Shown in pieces: positions 47,391-58,368 of a stretch of 64,000 nt of DNA (its first letter is position 1; each line of letters starts with the position of its first letter). The DNA comes from Escherichia coli. GTDB taxonomy: Bacteria; Pseudomonadota; Gammaproteobacteria; Enterobacterales; Enterobacteriaceae. Both the position numbers and the translations under genes were made by a program. The stretch is taken from NCBI RefSeq assembly GCF_044324875.1, contig NZ_CP172185.1; one strand, given 5' to 3'. Under the pieces are notes generated by a model. It ran no database searches and had not been told where the DNA came from. It was given only the letters and a program-made list of their open reading frames with translations.

Positions 47391-47930
47391 ATGACTGAAA
47401 CGATAAAAGTAAGCGAATCACTTGAATTACATGCTGTTGCAGAAAATCACGTCACACCTCTTTATCAGTTAATCTGTAAAAATAAAACCTGGTTACAGCA
47501 GTCGCTAAACTGGCCGCAGTTTGTTCAAATTGAAGAGGACACACGAAAAACGGTGCAGGGCAATGTAATGTTGCATCAACGCGGCTATGCCAAAATGTTC
47601 ATGATTTTCAAAGAAGATGAACTTATCGGCGTTATCTCGTTTAATCGTATTGAACCACTGAATAAAACCGCTGAAATCGGCTACTGGCTGGACGAATCTC
47701 ATCAGGGGGAGGGGATCATTTCTCAGGCGCTGCAGGCATTGATTCATCATTATGCTCAGTCTGGTGAACTTAGACGCTTCGTGATCAAATGTCGGGTGGA
47801 CAATGCGCAAAGCAACCAGGTCGCTTTGCGCAATGGTTTTATCCTTGAAGGTTGCCTGAAACAGGCTGAGTTTCTGAATGATGCCTATGATGATGTGAAC
47901 TTATACGCGCGTATTATCGATTCACAATAA
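47391..47930 (+). CDS. rimL: ribosomal-protein L7/L12 serine N-acetyltransferase
   Basis: Start [16 protein letters not shown] within ORF 47376..47930 (179 aa); GNAT acetyltransferase fold. Confidence 0.85.
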   Translation: MTETIKVSESLELHAVAENHVTPLYQLICKNKTWLQQSLNWPQFVQIEEDTRKTVQGNVMLHQRGYAKMFMIFKEDELIGVISFNRIEPLNKTAEIGYWLDESHQGEGIISQALQALIHHYAQSGELRRFVIKCRVDNAQSNQVALRNGFILEGCLKQAEFLNDAYDDVNLYARIIDSQ

Positions 47931-48902
47931 CCCTGCCAGCGGCGTTCGCGTAATGCGCTCTTCGCCGTTAATGACTTTTGGACCACGGACATGAACCGTG
48001 TCGCCATCAAAGGCTTCAACGACGGCGTGGTCGGTTAACTCCACATGGTTTTCAATTATCACCGCACCTGTAATACGGCTCTCACCTTGTATTACAACGT
48101 GCTCGTCGAGCAGAATCGGTCCGCCACGTACCACGGCATTTCCGCCAATCAAGACATGATGTTTTAACACACAATTACCTTCCACAATGGCATATTCCGC
48201 TACCTGCGAACTGTAATGAATTGTCGGAATGGCATCTTCTTCTATGCCAGCTTTCACCTGCGCGTGACCGTAGACTTTAGCACAATCGCATAGCCAGACG
48301 TTGTTCTCTTCATTACCTTCAACGCTGGCAAAATCAAAAACTTCGGCGCGATGTTCAATAAAAGCATACCGGACGACGGCATCGCCATAAATTTGTGCCT
48401 GGTGAACAATACGCGAGGCGCTAACCCTTGCGCGATCATAAATTTGTAGCAGGAGTTGATGGTCGGAGGTTAAGCCTTGCGCGGCGACGATCATAGAATG
48501 TTGATCAATTAAGGCGTGACCAAATATTCTACATTGACCGCAAACTAATGCGTCACGAATGGTGACGCTGTCACTTATATGTGCACCCTGACTGATTTCA
48601 CTATTATCGATCCAGACGTTATCCGTTGCGTAAACCTCTCCCCAAAGGACGCTGGTGCCGGTGATACGCGTATTACCGGAAATCACCGTTCCGCCGAACG
48701 CAATAGCATTCTGATCGTAAATCCAGCAATTTCCTTCCTGCGCTAACACCGTTTCGCGATCGATCCAGCCGCCAGCGGTTCCTGCTATCACATCGTTAAA
48801 ATCGCTCATGGCGATAATTTGCCGTAATAACACACTTTTTTTAGTGCCATCATCCTGATAACTAAAGGCTCGCTGTTCTTCACTTAGACGATATTTGCGC
48901 AT
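47922..48902 (-). CDS. ydcK: hexapeptide-repeat (left-handed beta-helix) protein YdcK
   Basis: 326-aa ORF with repeated hexapeptide-like pattern; conserved position between rimL and tehA. Confidence 0.8.
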   Translation of the reverse strand: MRKYRLSEEQRAFSYQDDGTKKSVLLRQIIAMSDFNDVIAGTAGGWIDRETVLAQEGNCWIYDQNAIAFGGTVISGNTRITGTSVLWGEVYATDNVWIDNSEISQGAHISDSVTIRDALVCGQCRIFGHALIDQHSMIVAAQGLTSDHQLLLQIYDRARVSASRIVHQAQIYGDAVVRYAFIEHRAEVFDFASVEGNEENNVWLCDCAKVYGHAQVKAGIEEDAIPTIHYSSQVAEYAIVEGNCVLKHHVLIGGNAVVRGGPILLDEHVVIQGESRITGAVIIENHVELTDHAVVEAFDGDTVHVRGPKVINGEERITRTPLAGLL

Positions 48903-49025
48903 AGCGTTTTCCCACAGGTGACTTACTATAACCGTAGCAAATTCTGCGGCTCTGGCTATGCTCGAGAAAATTCCATAAAATGCATTTCAAATATACTTTA
49001 TAAATTAAACAAAATGAGTAAGAAG

Positions 49026-50018
49026 ATGCAGAGCGATAAAGTGCTCAATTTGCCGGCAGGCTACTTTGGTATTGTGTTGGGGACGATAGGGATGGGATTT
49101 GCCTGGCGCTATGCCAGCCAGGTTTGGCAGGTCAGCCACTGGTTAGGGGATGGGCTAGTGATTCTGGCGATGATCATCTGGGGATTATTGACTAGCGCAT
49201 TTATTACCCGACTCATACGCTTTCCGCATAGCGTGCTGGCGGAAGTGCGTCATCCAGTGATGAGCAGTTTTGTGAGTTTGTTTCCGGCAACGACGATGCT
49301 GGTGGCGATTGGTTTTGTTCCGTGGTTTCGCCCACTGGCGGTGTGCCTGTTCAGTTTTGGCGTCGTGGTGCAACTGGCTTATGCCGCCTGGCAAACTGCG
49401 GGATTATGGCGCGGATCTCATCCTGAAGAAGCTACCACGCCTGGACTGTATCTGCCGACAGTTGCCAACAACTTTATCAGCGCAATGGCCTGTGGTGCAT
49501 TGGGCTACACCGACGCTGGTCTGGTGTTTTTAGGCGCAGGCGTTTTCTCATGGTTAAGCCTGGAACCGGTGATCTTGCAGCGTCTGCGCAGTTCGGGAGA
49601 ATTACCCACGGCGCTGCGGACATCACTCGGCATTCAGCTCGCTCCTGCGCTGGTGGCCTGTAGTGCCTGGCTGAGCGTCAACGGCGGCGAGGGTGACACG
49701 CTGGCGAAAATGCTTTTCGGTTATGGGCTGCTGCAACTGCTGTTTATGCTACGTCTGATGCCATGGTATCTCTCCCAGCCATTTAATGCTTCATTCTGGA
49801 GTTTCTCGTTCGGCGTATCTGCACTGGCAACCACCGGTTTGCATCTGGGGAGTGGCAGCGATAATGGATTTTTCCATACGCTGGCGGTGCCGCTGTTTAT
49901 CTTTACCAATTTTATAATTGCAATACTGCTCATCCGTACTTTCGCGCTTCTGATGCAGGGGAAATTGTTAATCAGAACCGAGCGCGCCGTTTTAATGAAA
50001 GCTGAGGACAAAGAATGA
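49026..50018 (+). CDS. tehA: tellurite resistance / C4-dicarboxylate-transporter-family membrane protein TehA
   Basis: Start [19 protein letters not shown] within ORF 48918..50018 (330 aa); polytopic membrane protein. Confidence 0.85.
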   Translation: MQSDKVLNLPAGYFGIVLGTIGMGFAWRYASQVWQVSHWLGDGLVILAMIIWGLLTSAFITRLIRFPHSVLAEVRHPVMSSFVSLFPATTMLVAIGFVPWFRPLAVCLFSFGVVVQLAYAAWQTAGLWRGSHPEEATTPGLYLPTVANNFISAMACGALGYTDAGLVFLGAGVFSWLSLEPVILQRLRSSGELPTALRTSLGIQLAPALVACSAWLSVNGGEGDTLAKMLFGYGLLQLLFMLRLMPWYLSQPFNASFWSFSFGVSALATTGLHLGSGSDNGFFHTLAVPLFIFTNFIIAILLIRTFALLMQGKLLIRTERAVLMKAEDKE

Positions 50019-50618
50019 TCATTCGTGACGAAAACTATTTTACTGATAAGTATGAATTAACCCGCACACACTCTGAAGTACTGGAAGCGGTGAAAGTGGT
50101 TAAACCCGGTAAAACGCTGGATCTGGGCTGTGGCAATGGTCGTAATAGTCTTTACCTGGCAGCCAATGGTTATGAAGTTGACGCATGGGATAAAAATGCC
50201 ATGAGTATCGCCAACGTCGAGCGTATTAAATCCATTGAAAATCTGGATAATTTACACACCCGGGTCGTTGATCTGAATAACCTTACGTTTGATGGGCAAT
50301 ACGATTTTATTCTTTCGACTGTGGTGCTGATGTTCCTTGAGGCTAAAACCATCCCAGGGCTGATTGCCAATATGCAACGTTGCACTAAACCTGGCGGTTA
50401 CAACCTGATTGTGGCGGCGATGGATACCGCTGATTATCCATGTACCGTCGTGTACCGTCGGCTTCCCGTTTGCCTTCAAAGAGGGAGAATTACGTCGATA
50501 TTACGAAGGCTGGGAGATGGTGAAATACAATGAAGACGTCGGCGAGCTGCACCGCACCGACGCCAACGGTAATCGTATTAAACTGCGTTTCGCCACGATG
50601 CTGGCACGTAAAAAATAA
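50015..50618 (+). pseudogene. tehB: tellurite methyltransferase TehB, frameshifted by a 10-bp tandem duplication
   Basis: Frame 1 (50015..50533) encodes the N-terminal SAM-methyltransferase part; frame 2 (50409..50618) encodes the C-terminal [19 protein letters not shown]...ATMLARKK; tgtaccgtcg is directly repeated at 50441..50450 and 50451..50460; total length minus 10 bp equals 198 codons. Confidence 0.85.
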
Positions 50619-50920
50619 CCTGGTAAGAACAAGGCGCGTGAAAATTCCCCACGCTGAGATGGTCTACTGTTCTTCTTTTCGGTAAGCATAATTTTTATCG
50701 AATGGATGTGAAATTAATCACAGTAGTCGAAGTTTTTTAGCAGCTTAACTTACTGAAATTTAACTACTGATGATTGACTTAGCCCCTTTTTCGGCATTGA
50801 CTATGTCGTCTGAAAAGGGGCTGAAAAATTTATTTTCACCAACACTTTTTTTGCCACAACACGAAGCGGCGCTTTTTGCTATAACTTAGAAAGTAATATA
50901 ATCATCTCAGGAAACTATTC

Positions 50921-51589
50921 ATGCGTACCACATCAATTGCGAAAGTTGCAGCTTTATGCGGCTTGTTGGCTCTGTCTGGTTGTGCCTCTAAAATCACCCA
51001 GCCAGATAAATATTCTGGTTTTTTAAACAATTACTCTGATTTAAAAGAAACAACCTCAGCAACAGGTAAACCTGTTTTACGTTGGGTAGACCCGAGTTTT
51101 GATCAAAGCAAATATGACAGCATCGTCTGGAACCCAGTCACTTATTATCCGGTACCGAAACCATCTACCCAGGTAGGGCAGAAAGTTCTGGATAAAATTT
51201 TGAGTTATACCAACACCGAAATGAAAGAAGCGATTGCGCAGCGTAAACCACTGGTTACCACCGCTGGGCCGCGTAGTCTGATTTTCCGTGGGGCCATTAC
51301 CGGTGTTGATACCAGCAAAGAAGGGCTGCAATTCTATGAAGTGGTTCCTGTCGCATTAGTGGTCGCGGGGACGCAAATGGCGACGGGCCACCGTACCATG
51401 GATACTCGCCTGTATTTTGAAGGTGAGCTGATTGATGCAGCTACTAATAAACCGGTTATCAAAGTCGTTCGTCAGGGCGAAGGTAAAGACCTGAATAACG
51501 AAAGTACGCCAATGGCTTTCGAAAATATTAAACAAGTTATTGATGACATGGCGACCGATGCCACCATGTTTGACGTTAACAAAAAGTAA
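50921..51589 (+). CDS. ydcL: lipoprotein YdcL (DUF3313)
   Basis: 222-aa ORF with lipobox LALSGCAS. Confidence 0.85.
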   Translation: MRTTSIAKVAALCGLLALSGCASKITQPDKYSGFLNNYSDLKETTSATGKPVLRWVDPSFDQSKYDSIVWNPVTYYPVPKPSTQVGQKVLDKILSYTNTEMKEAIAQRKPLVTTAGPRSLIFRGAITGVDTSKEGLQFYEVVPVALVVAGTQMATGHRTMDTRLYFEGELIDAATNKPVIKVVRQGEGKDLNNESTPMAFENIKQVIDDMATDATMFDVNKK

Positions 51590-51622
51590 TTCCAGCCGCG
51601 CCATCGTAAGATGCGCTTTTTA

Positions 51623-52795
51623 TTATCGGTTTCTGTGAGCGATTAAATTCAACACCACGTAACAAACGCCTCCGGCAATTAATCCCCAGAACGCAGAACC
51701 AATCCCGACCAGCGTCAATCCACTTGCCGTTACCAGAAATGCCACCACCGCCGCGTCGCGCTCACGCTCATTATGCAGCGCCTGATACAAACTGCCGCCA
51801 ATGGTACTCAACAGCGCCAGACCTGCCAGCATCTGGATCCAACTTACGGGCAGGGCAGCCATCATCCCGGTAATGGCACTACCAAAAAGACCTGCGAGCA
51901 AATAAAAAATGCCTGCAACGGCAGCTGCCAGCCAACGTTGATCTTTATCCGGATGCGCTTCCGGGCTTTGACAAATAGCCGCGGTGAGTGCCGCAATACC
52001 GACGGAATAAACGCCGAAAGGGGAAAAAACAAGCGCCAGCAATCCAGTAAACACAATCAACGGCGAAACAGGAGCCGAATACCCGGCTGCTTTCATTGCT
52101 GCGATACCTGGAGCGTTTTGCGATGCCATCGTCACCAGAAAAAGGGGGAGTGCAACGCTCAGACTGTGAGCAAACGAAAAATCAGGGGTAATATAAGTGG
52201 GGAGAACGGGTTTAAAGACAACATCATTTGTGACAACGTCACCTTGCGCCATAACGATCACGATCCCAATAATCATCGCGGCAATTACCGCATAGCGCGG
52301 CGCAACGGCCCTGGTTGCCAGCCATACCAGCAACATACTGCCACACAACGTAAATTGACCATCCAGACTGGCAAACGCCTGTAAACCAAAGCGTAATAAA
52401 ATCCCGGCAAGCATTGCTGCCGCAAGCGAGTGCGGAATAATGCGCATCAGACGAGCAAAGAGTCCCGTTATGCCGCAGAGGACTATTAACGCGTTGGTGA
52501 CAATAAAAACGCCGATGGCTTCGTTAAGTGTTAGTCCCTGTAATCCGGTGACCAACAAAGCCGCGCCAGGCGTTGACCATGCGGTGAGAACAGGTACGCG
52601 ATACCATAATGTCAGAGTCAGCGTACTGACGCCCATTGCCAGCCCCAGCGCCGTCATCCAGCCAGAGATTTGTGCAGTGGTGGCTCCGGCGACAATCGCT
52701 GCTTGCCAGATTATTGCCGCTGAACTGGCGTAGCCAATTAATACCGCCAGAAACCCCGCCAGTAGCGTGGGTGGAGGAATAGAAAACAGACGCAT
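51623..52795 (-). CDS. ydcO: BenE-family (benzoate-transporter-like) membrane protein
   Basis: Frame of ORF 51623..53056(-); probable start MRLFSIPPPTLLAGFLAVLIGYASS at 52795 (about 390 aa); polytopic membrane protein. Confidence 0.8.
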   Translation of the reverse strand: MRLFSIPPPTLLAGFLAVLIGYASSAAIIWQAAIVAGATTAQISGWMTALGLAMGVSTLTLTLWYRVPVLTAWSTPGAALLVTGLQGLTLNEAIGVFIVTNALIVLCGITGLFARLMRIIPHSLAAAMLAGILLRFGLQAFASLDGQFTLCGSMLLVWLATRAVAPRYAVIAAMIIGIVIVMAQGDVVTNDVVFKPVLPTYITPDFSFAHSLSVALPLFLVTMASQNAPGIAAMKAAGYSAPVSPLIVFTGLLALVFSPFGVYSVGIAALTAAICQSPEAHPDKDQRWLAAAVAGIFYLLAGLFGSAITGMMAALPVSWIQMLAGLALLSTIGGSLYQALHNERERDAAVVAFLVTASGLTLVGIGSAFWGLIAGGVCYVVLNLIAHRNR

Positions 52796-52886
52796 AGTCA
52801 CCTCGTGCGTTATAGCGTACAGGTACCGTAGCATTTGTCCGTTATAACGCACAAGTGATAAACTTCCGTTTTGCCGGAGGAGTCGC

Positions 52887-53423
52887 ATGGAAAATCTCGC
52901 TCGCTTTTTATCCACCACACTTAAACAACTACGCCAGCAGCGCGGCTGGAGTCTTTCGCGACTGGCCGAAGCGACAGGCGTTTCTAAAGCGATGTTAGGG
53001 CAGATTGAGCGTAATGAGTCCAGCCCGACGGTCGCGACATTATGGAAAATTGCCACCGGGTTGAATGTGCCATTTTCGACATTTATTTCTCCGCCGCAGT
53101 CCGCTACGCCTTCAGTTTATGATCCGCAACAGCAGGCGATGGTGATCACTTCGCTGTTTCCTTATGATCCACAACTCTGCTTTGAACACTTCTCGATTCA
53201 GATGGCACCTGGTGCAATAAGTGAATCGACGCCCCATGAGAAGGGAGTAATCGAACATGTTGTCGTCATTGATGGGCAACTTGATCTGTGCGTTGATGGT
53301 GAATGGCAGAGCCTTAATTGTGGAGAAGGCGCTCGATTTGCTGCAGACGTTACGCATGTCTATCGTAATGGTGGGGAGCAAATCGTACATTTTCATTCCC
53401 TCATCCATTACCCACGCAGTTAA
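52887..53423 (+). CDS. ydcN: XRE-family HTH regulator with C-terminal cupin domain
   Basis: 178-aa ORF; HTH region RQQRGWSLSRLAEATGVSKAMLGQIERNESSPT; divergent from ydcO. Confidence 0.85.
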   Translation: MENLARFLSTTLKQLRQQRGWSLSRLAEATGVSKAMLGQIERNESSPTVATLWKIATGLNVPFSTFISPPQSATPSVYDPQQQAMVITSLFPYDPQLCFEHFSIQMAPGAISESTPHEKGVIEHVVVIDGQLDLCVDGEWQSLNCGEGARFAADVTHVYRNGGEQIVHFHSLIHYPRS

Positions 53424-53495
53424 GCGGGAAAACTATTTCGCAACGTCGCGCTTGTGGCTAAAATAGCCGCCATTTTTCAGCTACTGGATAAGAAT

Positions 53496-55457
53496 GTGAC
53501 CGTATCTTCTCATCGACTTGAACTGTTAAGCCCGGCACGCGATGCCGCCATTGCCCGCGAAGCTATTTTGCACGGTGCCGATGCTGTTTATATCGGCGGC
53601 CCTGGTTTTGGTGCCCGTCATAATGCCAGTAATAGCCTGAAAGATATTGCCGAACTGGTGCCGTTTGCCCATCGTTATGGTGCAAAAATTTTCGTCACGC
53701 TTAACACCATTTTGCATGATGATGAGCTGGAACCTGCGCAACGGCTGATTACCGACCTCTACCAGACCGGCGTCGATGCGCTGATTGTTCAGGATATGGG
53801 GATTCTGGAACTTGATATTCCGCCGATTGAACTGCACGCCAGTACGCAGTGCGATATTCGCACAGTAGAAAAAGCGAAGTTCCTCTCTGATGTTGGCTTT
53901 ACGCAGATTGTGCTGGCGCGAGAGCTGAATCTTGAGCAGATCCGCGCGATTCACCAGGCCACGGACGCGACCATTGAATTCTTTATTCATGGTGCATTGT
54001 GCGTGGCCTATTCTGGTCAGTGCTACATTTCTCATGCGCAAACAGGGCGTAGCGCCAACCGTGGCGATTGCTCGCAGGCATGCCGTTTGCCATACACATT
54101 GAAAGACGATCAGGGGCGGGTGGTTTCTTATGAAAAACATCTGCTGTCGATGAAAGATAACGATCAGACTGCCAACCTTGGCGCGCTGATTGATGCTGGC
54201 GTGCGCTCCTTCAAGATTGAAGGGCGTTACAAAGATATGAGCTACGTGAAGAATATCACCGCGCATTATCGCCAAATGCTGGATGCCATTATTGAAGAAC
54301 GTGGCGATCTGGCGCGTGCTTCATCAGGTCGTACTGAACATTTCTTTGTTCCATCGACGGAAAAGACTTTCCACCGTGGTAGCACAGATTATTTTGTGAA
54401 TGCCCGTAAAGGGGATATCGGCGCGTTCGATTCGCCGAAATTTATCGGCCTGCCGGTGGGTGAAGTATTGAAAGTGGCGAAAGATCATCTTGATGTTGCC
54501 GTCACCGAGCCACTGGCAAATGGCGATGGCCTGAACGTGATGATTAAACGTGAAGTAGTCGGTTTTCGTGCCAATACGGTAGAAAAAACCGGAGAAAATC
54601 AGTACCGCGTCTGGCCAAATGAGATGCCTGCGGATTTGCATAAAATTCGTCCGCATCATCCGCTTAATCGTAATCTGGACCATAACTGGCAGCAGGCGTT
54701 GACCAAAACATCCAGCGAACGTCGCGTAGCGGTAGACATTGAACTGGGCGGATGGCAGGAACAACTGATTCTGACCCTGACCAGTGAAGAGGGCGTCAGC
54801 GTCACGCATACGCTGGATGGACAATTCGACGAAGCTAATAACGCCGAAAAAGCGCTTAATAACCTGAAAGATGGTCTGGCTAAGCTGGGGCAAACCATCT
54901 ATTACGCCCGCGATGTGCAAATTAACCTGCCTGGTGCGCTGTTTGTACCGAACAGTCTGTTAAATCAGTTCCGCCGTGAGGCCGCCGAAATGCTGGATGC
55001 TGCGCGTCTTGCCAGTTATCAGCGCGGCAGTCGTAAACCGGTTGCTGATCCTGCGCCGGTTTATCCGCAAACGCATCTGAGTTTCCTCGCGAACGTTTAC
55101 AACCAGAAAGCGCGTGAATTTTATCATCGCTATGGTGTGCAGCTGATTGACGCGGCGTATGAGGCACATGAAGAGAAGGGCGAAGTCCCGGTGATGATCA
55201 CCAAGCATTGTCTGCGCTTTGCCTTTAATCTGTGCCCGAAACAGGCGAAAGGCAATATCAAAAGCTGGAAGGCGACGCCAATGCAACTGGTTAATGGCGA
55301 TGAAGTGTTAACGCTGAAATTTGATTGCCGTCCGTGTGAGATGCACGTCATCGGCAAAATTAAAAATCACATTCTGAAAATGCCGTTACCGGGAAGCGTA
55401 GTGGCATCCGTAAGTCCGGATGATCTGCTGAAAACATTGCCGAAGCGAAAAGGGTAA
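53496..55457 (+). CDS. ydcP: peptidase U32-family protein
   Basis: Frame of ORF 53454..55457; start uncertain (GTG at 53496 gives about 653 aa); collagenase-like U32 family features. Confidence 0.8.
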   Translation: MTVSSHRLELLSPARDAAIAREAILHGADAVYIGGPGFGARHNASNSLKDIAELVPFAHRYGAKIFVTLNTILHDDELEPAQRLITDLYQTGVDALIVQDMGILELDIPPIELHASTQCDIRTVEKAKFLSDVGFTQIVLARELNLEQIRAIHQATDATIEFFIHGALCVAYSGQCYISHAQTGRSANRGDCSQACRLPYTLKDDQGRVVSYEKHLLSMKDNDQTANLGALIDAGVRSFKIEGRYKDMSYVKNITAHYRQMLDAIIEERGDLARASSGRTEHFFVPSTEKTFHRGSTDYFVNARKGDIGAFDSPKFIGLPVGEVLKVAKDHLDVAVTEPLANGDGLNVMIKREVVGFRANTVEKTGENQYRVWPNEMPADLHKIRPHHPLNRNLDHNWQQALTKTSSERRVAVDIELGGWQEQLILTLTSEEGVSVTHTLDGQFDEANNAEKALNNLKDGLAKLGQTIYYARDVQINLPGALFVPNSLLNQFRREAAEMLDAARLASYQRGSRKPVADPAPVYPQTHLSFLANVYNQKAREFYHRYGVQLIDAAYEAHEEKGEVPVMITKHCLRFAFNLCPKQAKGNIKSWKATPMQLVNGDEVLTLKFDCRPCEMHVIGKIKNHILKMPLPGSVVASVSPDDLLKTLPKRKG

Positions 55458-55548
55458 AACGCCAGTTTTCTGGTTACTCACAACTTATCAAATCTGCATG
55501 ATATTGTTGGCCGGGTAAGGCGTTACGCCGCATCCGGCAATAAATGAC

Positions 55549-55779
55549 TCAACGTTGTCCCGCTTCTGGTTTGCGCGATTTTTGCCAGTAAAAATGCTCG
55601 CGCAAACCTTCCGCCGACTCTTCCGCCACAGCACGCAATTCATCGCTGTCCGCTTCATGACGCAGTTGATGATCCACATTCTTTACCCACATAAATTCAT
55701 GTCCTTTGTGCCCTGCCATGAGTTGTCCTGAGAACAGCGCACACGTTAATAAGACAACCGATAACGCCTTCGTAAACAT
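55549..55779 (-). CDS. yncJ: small periplasmic protein YncJ (DUF2554)
   Basis: 76-aa ORF with signal peptide MFTKALSVVLLTCALFSGQLMA. Confidence 0.8.
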   Translation of the reverse strand: MFTKALSVVLLTCALFSGQLMAGHKGHEFMWVKNVDHQLRHEADSDELRAVAEESAEGLREHFYWQKSRKPEAGQR

Positions 55780-56000
55780 CCCGCCACCTTTTTCTCACCT
55801 TTTGCCGCTATGATGCCGATCGTTTCTTGAGGTTATTATTCAGTTTTGCAAATTAGCGCAAAGAAATTCTGGAATCTTCCTTCCTGATTTTGCATTGCAT
55901 TCTGCCGTTGCGGCGATTAAGTGCTATTTTCGAGAAAATTACACACGGAGGTAAACAATAATGTTTACTTTGTTGATATACTCAGCGGCAGGGAGGCGAT

Positions 56001-56177
56001 GTGAAACAAAGCGAGTTCAGACGTTGGCTCGAATCTCAGGGCGTCAATGTAGCAAATGGCAGCAACCATTTAAAACTCAGGTTTCACGGGAGGCGCAGTG
56101 TCATGCCGCGTCACCCCAGCGAAGAGATTAAAGAACCATTACGTAAAGCCATTCTGAAACAACTCGGTTTGAGTTAA
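56001..56177 (+). CDS. hicA: type II toxin HicA (mRNA interferase), GTG start
   Basis: Hand-translated 58-codon ORF from GTG at 56001: (M)KQSEFRRWLESQGVNVANGSNHLKLRFHGRRSVMPRHPSEEIKEPLRKAILKQLGLS; adjacent to hicB. Confidence 0.8.
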   Translation: MKQSEFRRWLESQGVNVANGSNHLKLRFHGRRSVMPRHPSEEIKEPLRKAILKQLGLS

Positions 56178-56222
56178 TCGCCAATTAAAAAGGTTAATGA
56201 CATGCGAGAGACAGTCGAAATT

Positions 56223-56639
<417 letters not shown>

Positions 56640-56717
56640 TAACAGTTAATGAAAAGTTGTCATTTTTAACAACTGATATAGACTGCCGAATCACCTGCAC
56701 ATAATAACGATTCGATA

Positions 56718-58124
56718 ATGAAAAAATACCAGCAGCTTGCAGAACAATTACGCGAGCAGATTGCGTCGGGTATCTGGCAACCCGGAGATCGTTTGCCTTC
56801 GTTGCGTGACCAGGTGGCGCTTTCTGGCATGAGCTTTATGACTGTCAGCCATGCCTATCAGTTGCTCGAAAGTCAGGGATATATTATCGCGCGACCGCAG
56901 TCGGGTTATTACGTTGCGCCACAGGCAATAAAAATGCCGAAAGCGCCAGTCATTCCAGTCACACGAGATGAAGCAGTCGATATCAACACCTATATTTTTG
57001 ATATGTTGCAGGCCAGTCGTGATCCGTCGGTAGTTCCGTTTGCCTCGGCCTTTCCCGACCCGCGACTTTTCCCCCTCCAACAACTAAACCGCTCGCTGGC
57101 GCAGGTAAGCAAAACCGCCACGGCGATGAGCGTGATTGAAAACTTACCGCCAGGAAACGCAGAACTGCGTCAGGCTATTGCTCGTCGCTATGCCTTACAG
57201 GGCATCACTATTTCTCCTGATGAAATTGTCATTACCGCCGGGGCGTTAGAGGCATTAAACCTCAGTTTACAAGCGGTAACGGAACCAGGCGATTGGGTGA
57301 TAGTAGAGAATCCTTGTTTCTACGGCGCGTTGCAGGCGCTGGAGCGGTTACGGCTGAAGGCGTTATCGGTGGCGACGGATGTTAAAGAAGGGATCGATCT
57401 TCAGGCGCTGGAACTGGCGTTGCAGGAGTATCCGGTGAAAGCGTGCTGGCTGATGACTAATAGCCAGAATCCACTCGGATTTACCTTAACGCCGCAAAAA
57501 AAAGCACAACTGGTGGCGTTGCTCAATCAGTACAACGTAACGCTGATTGAAGATGACGTGTACAGCGAACTTTATTTTGGACGGGAAAAACCGCTGCCTG
57601 CGAAAGCGTGGGATCGCCACGATGGTGTTTTGCATTGCTCTTCGTTTTCGAAATGTCTGGTGCCTGGTTTTCGTATTGGTTGGGTCGCCGCCGGAAAACA
57701 TGCACGTAAAATTCAACGATTGCAGTTGATGAGTACGCTTTCCACCAGCTCACCGATGCAGCTTGCGCTGGTGGATTACCTTTCCACGCGCCGATACGAC
57801 GCCCATCTTCGTCGCCTGCGTCGCCAGCTTGCGGAACGTAAACAACGTGCCTGGCAGGCACTGCTGCGTTATCTGCCTGCGGAAGTGAAAATTCATCATA
57901 ATGACAGCGGTTATTTTCTCTGGCTGGAACTCCCCGCGCCGTTAGATGCGGGCGAATTAAGCCTGGCGGCACTGACGCATCATATCAGTATTGCGCCGGG
58001 TAAAATGTTTTCTACCGGTGAAAACTGGTCACGTTTTTTTCGTTTTAATACCGCGTGGCAGTGGGGAGAACGTGAAGAACAGGCGGTAAAACAATTAGGC
58101 AAATTTATTCAAGAACGGCTGTAA
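56718..58124 (+). CDS. ydcR: MocR/GntR-family regulator with aminotransferase-like domain
   Basis: 468-aa ORF; N-terminal GntR-type winged HTH (LPSLRDQVALSGMSFMTVSHAYQLLESQGYI) and C-terminal PLP-aminotransferase-like domain. Confidence 0.85.
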   Translation: MKKYQQLAEQLREQIASGIWQPGDRLPSLRDQVALSGMSFMTVSHAYQLLESQGYIIARPQSGYYVAPQAIKMPKAPVIPVTRDEAVDINTYIFDMLQASRDPSVVPFASAFPDPRLFPLQQLNRSLAQVSKTATAMSVIENLPPGNAELRQAIARRYALQGITISPDEIVITAGALEALNLSLQAVTEPGDWVIVENPCFYGALQALERLRLKALSVATDVKEGIDLQALELALQEYPVKACWLMTNSQNPLGFTLTPQKKAQLVALLNQYNVTLIEDDVYSELYFGREKPLPAKAWDRHDGVLHCSSFSKCLVPGFRIGWVAAGKHARKIQRLQLMSTLSTSSPMQLALVDYLSTRRYDAHLRRLRRQLAERKQRAWQALLRYLPAEVKIHHNDSGYFLWLELPAPLDAGELSLAALTHHISIAPGKMFSTGENWSRFFRFNTAWQWGEREEQAVKQLGKFIQERL

Positions 58125-58368
58125 TAGCGTTTAATTAAATTCCTCTCAGGTTGGGTAATATGAATTTCGAATAGCAGTCATATTTCCTAACTCCTTGTCT
58201 ATACTCCAGAAGATAACCTTACAGACGGCATAATGCGCGGTAGCTCACAACCTGATTAAATTTTCTCAGGGGCGAAGGTGTGCCTGCAAGCCGCCGTCTA
58301 TGGTTAAACAAGGAGATATTTTTACGGCACGGCGGCTGAACAATTAATTACGACAGGAGTAAGACCTT

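Noticed and set aside
48918-49025. N-terminal extension of tehA (ORF track starts at 48918)
   Set aside because: The extension overlaps the divergent ydcK start region; the conserved TehA N-terminus [15 protein letters not shown] begins at 49026.
53526-54920. Two long minus-strand ORFs (249 and 198 aa) within ydcP
   Set aside because: Antisense to the peptidase U32 gene; no start context or conservation rationale.
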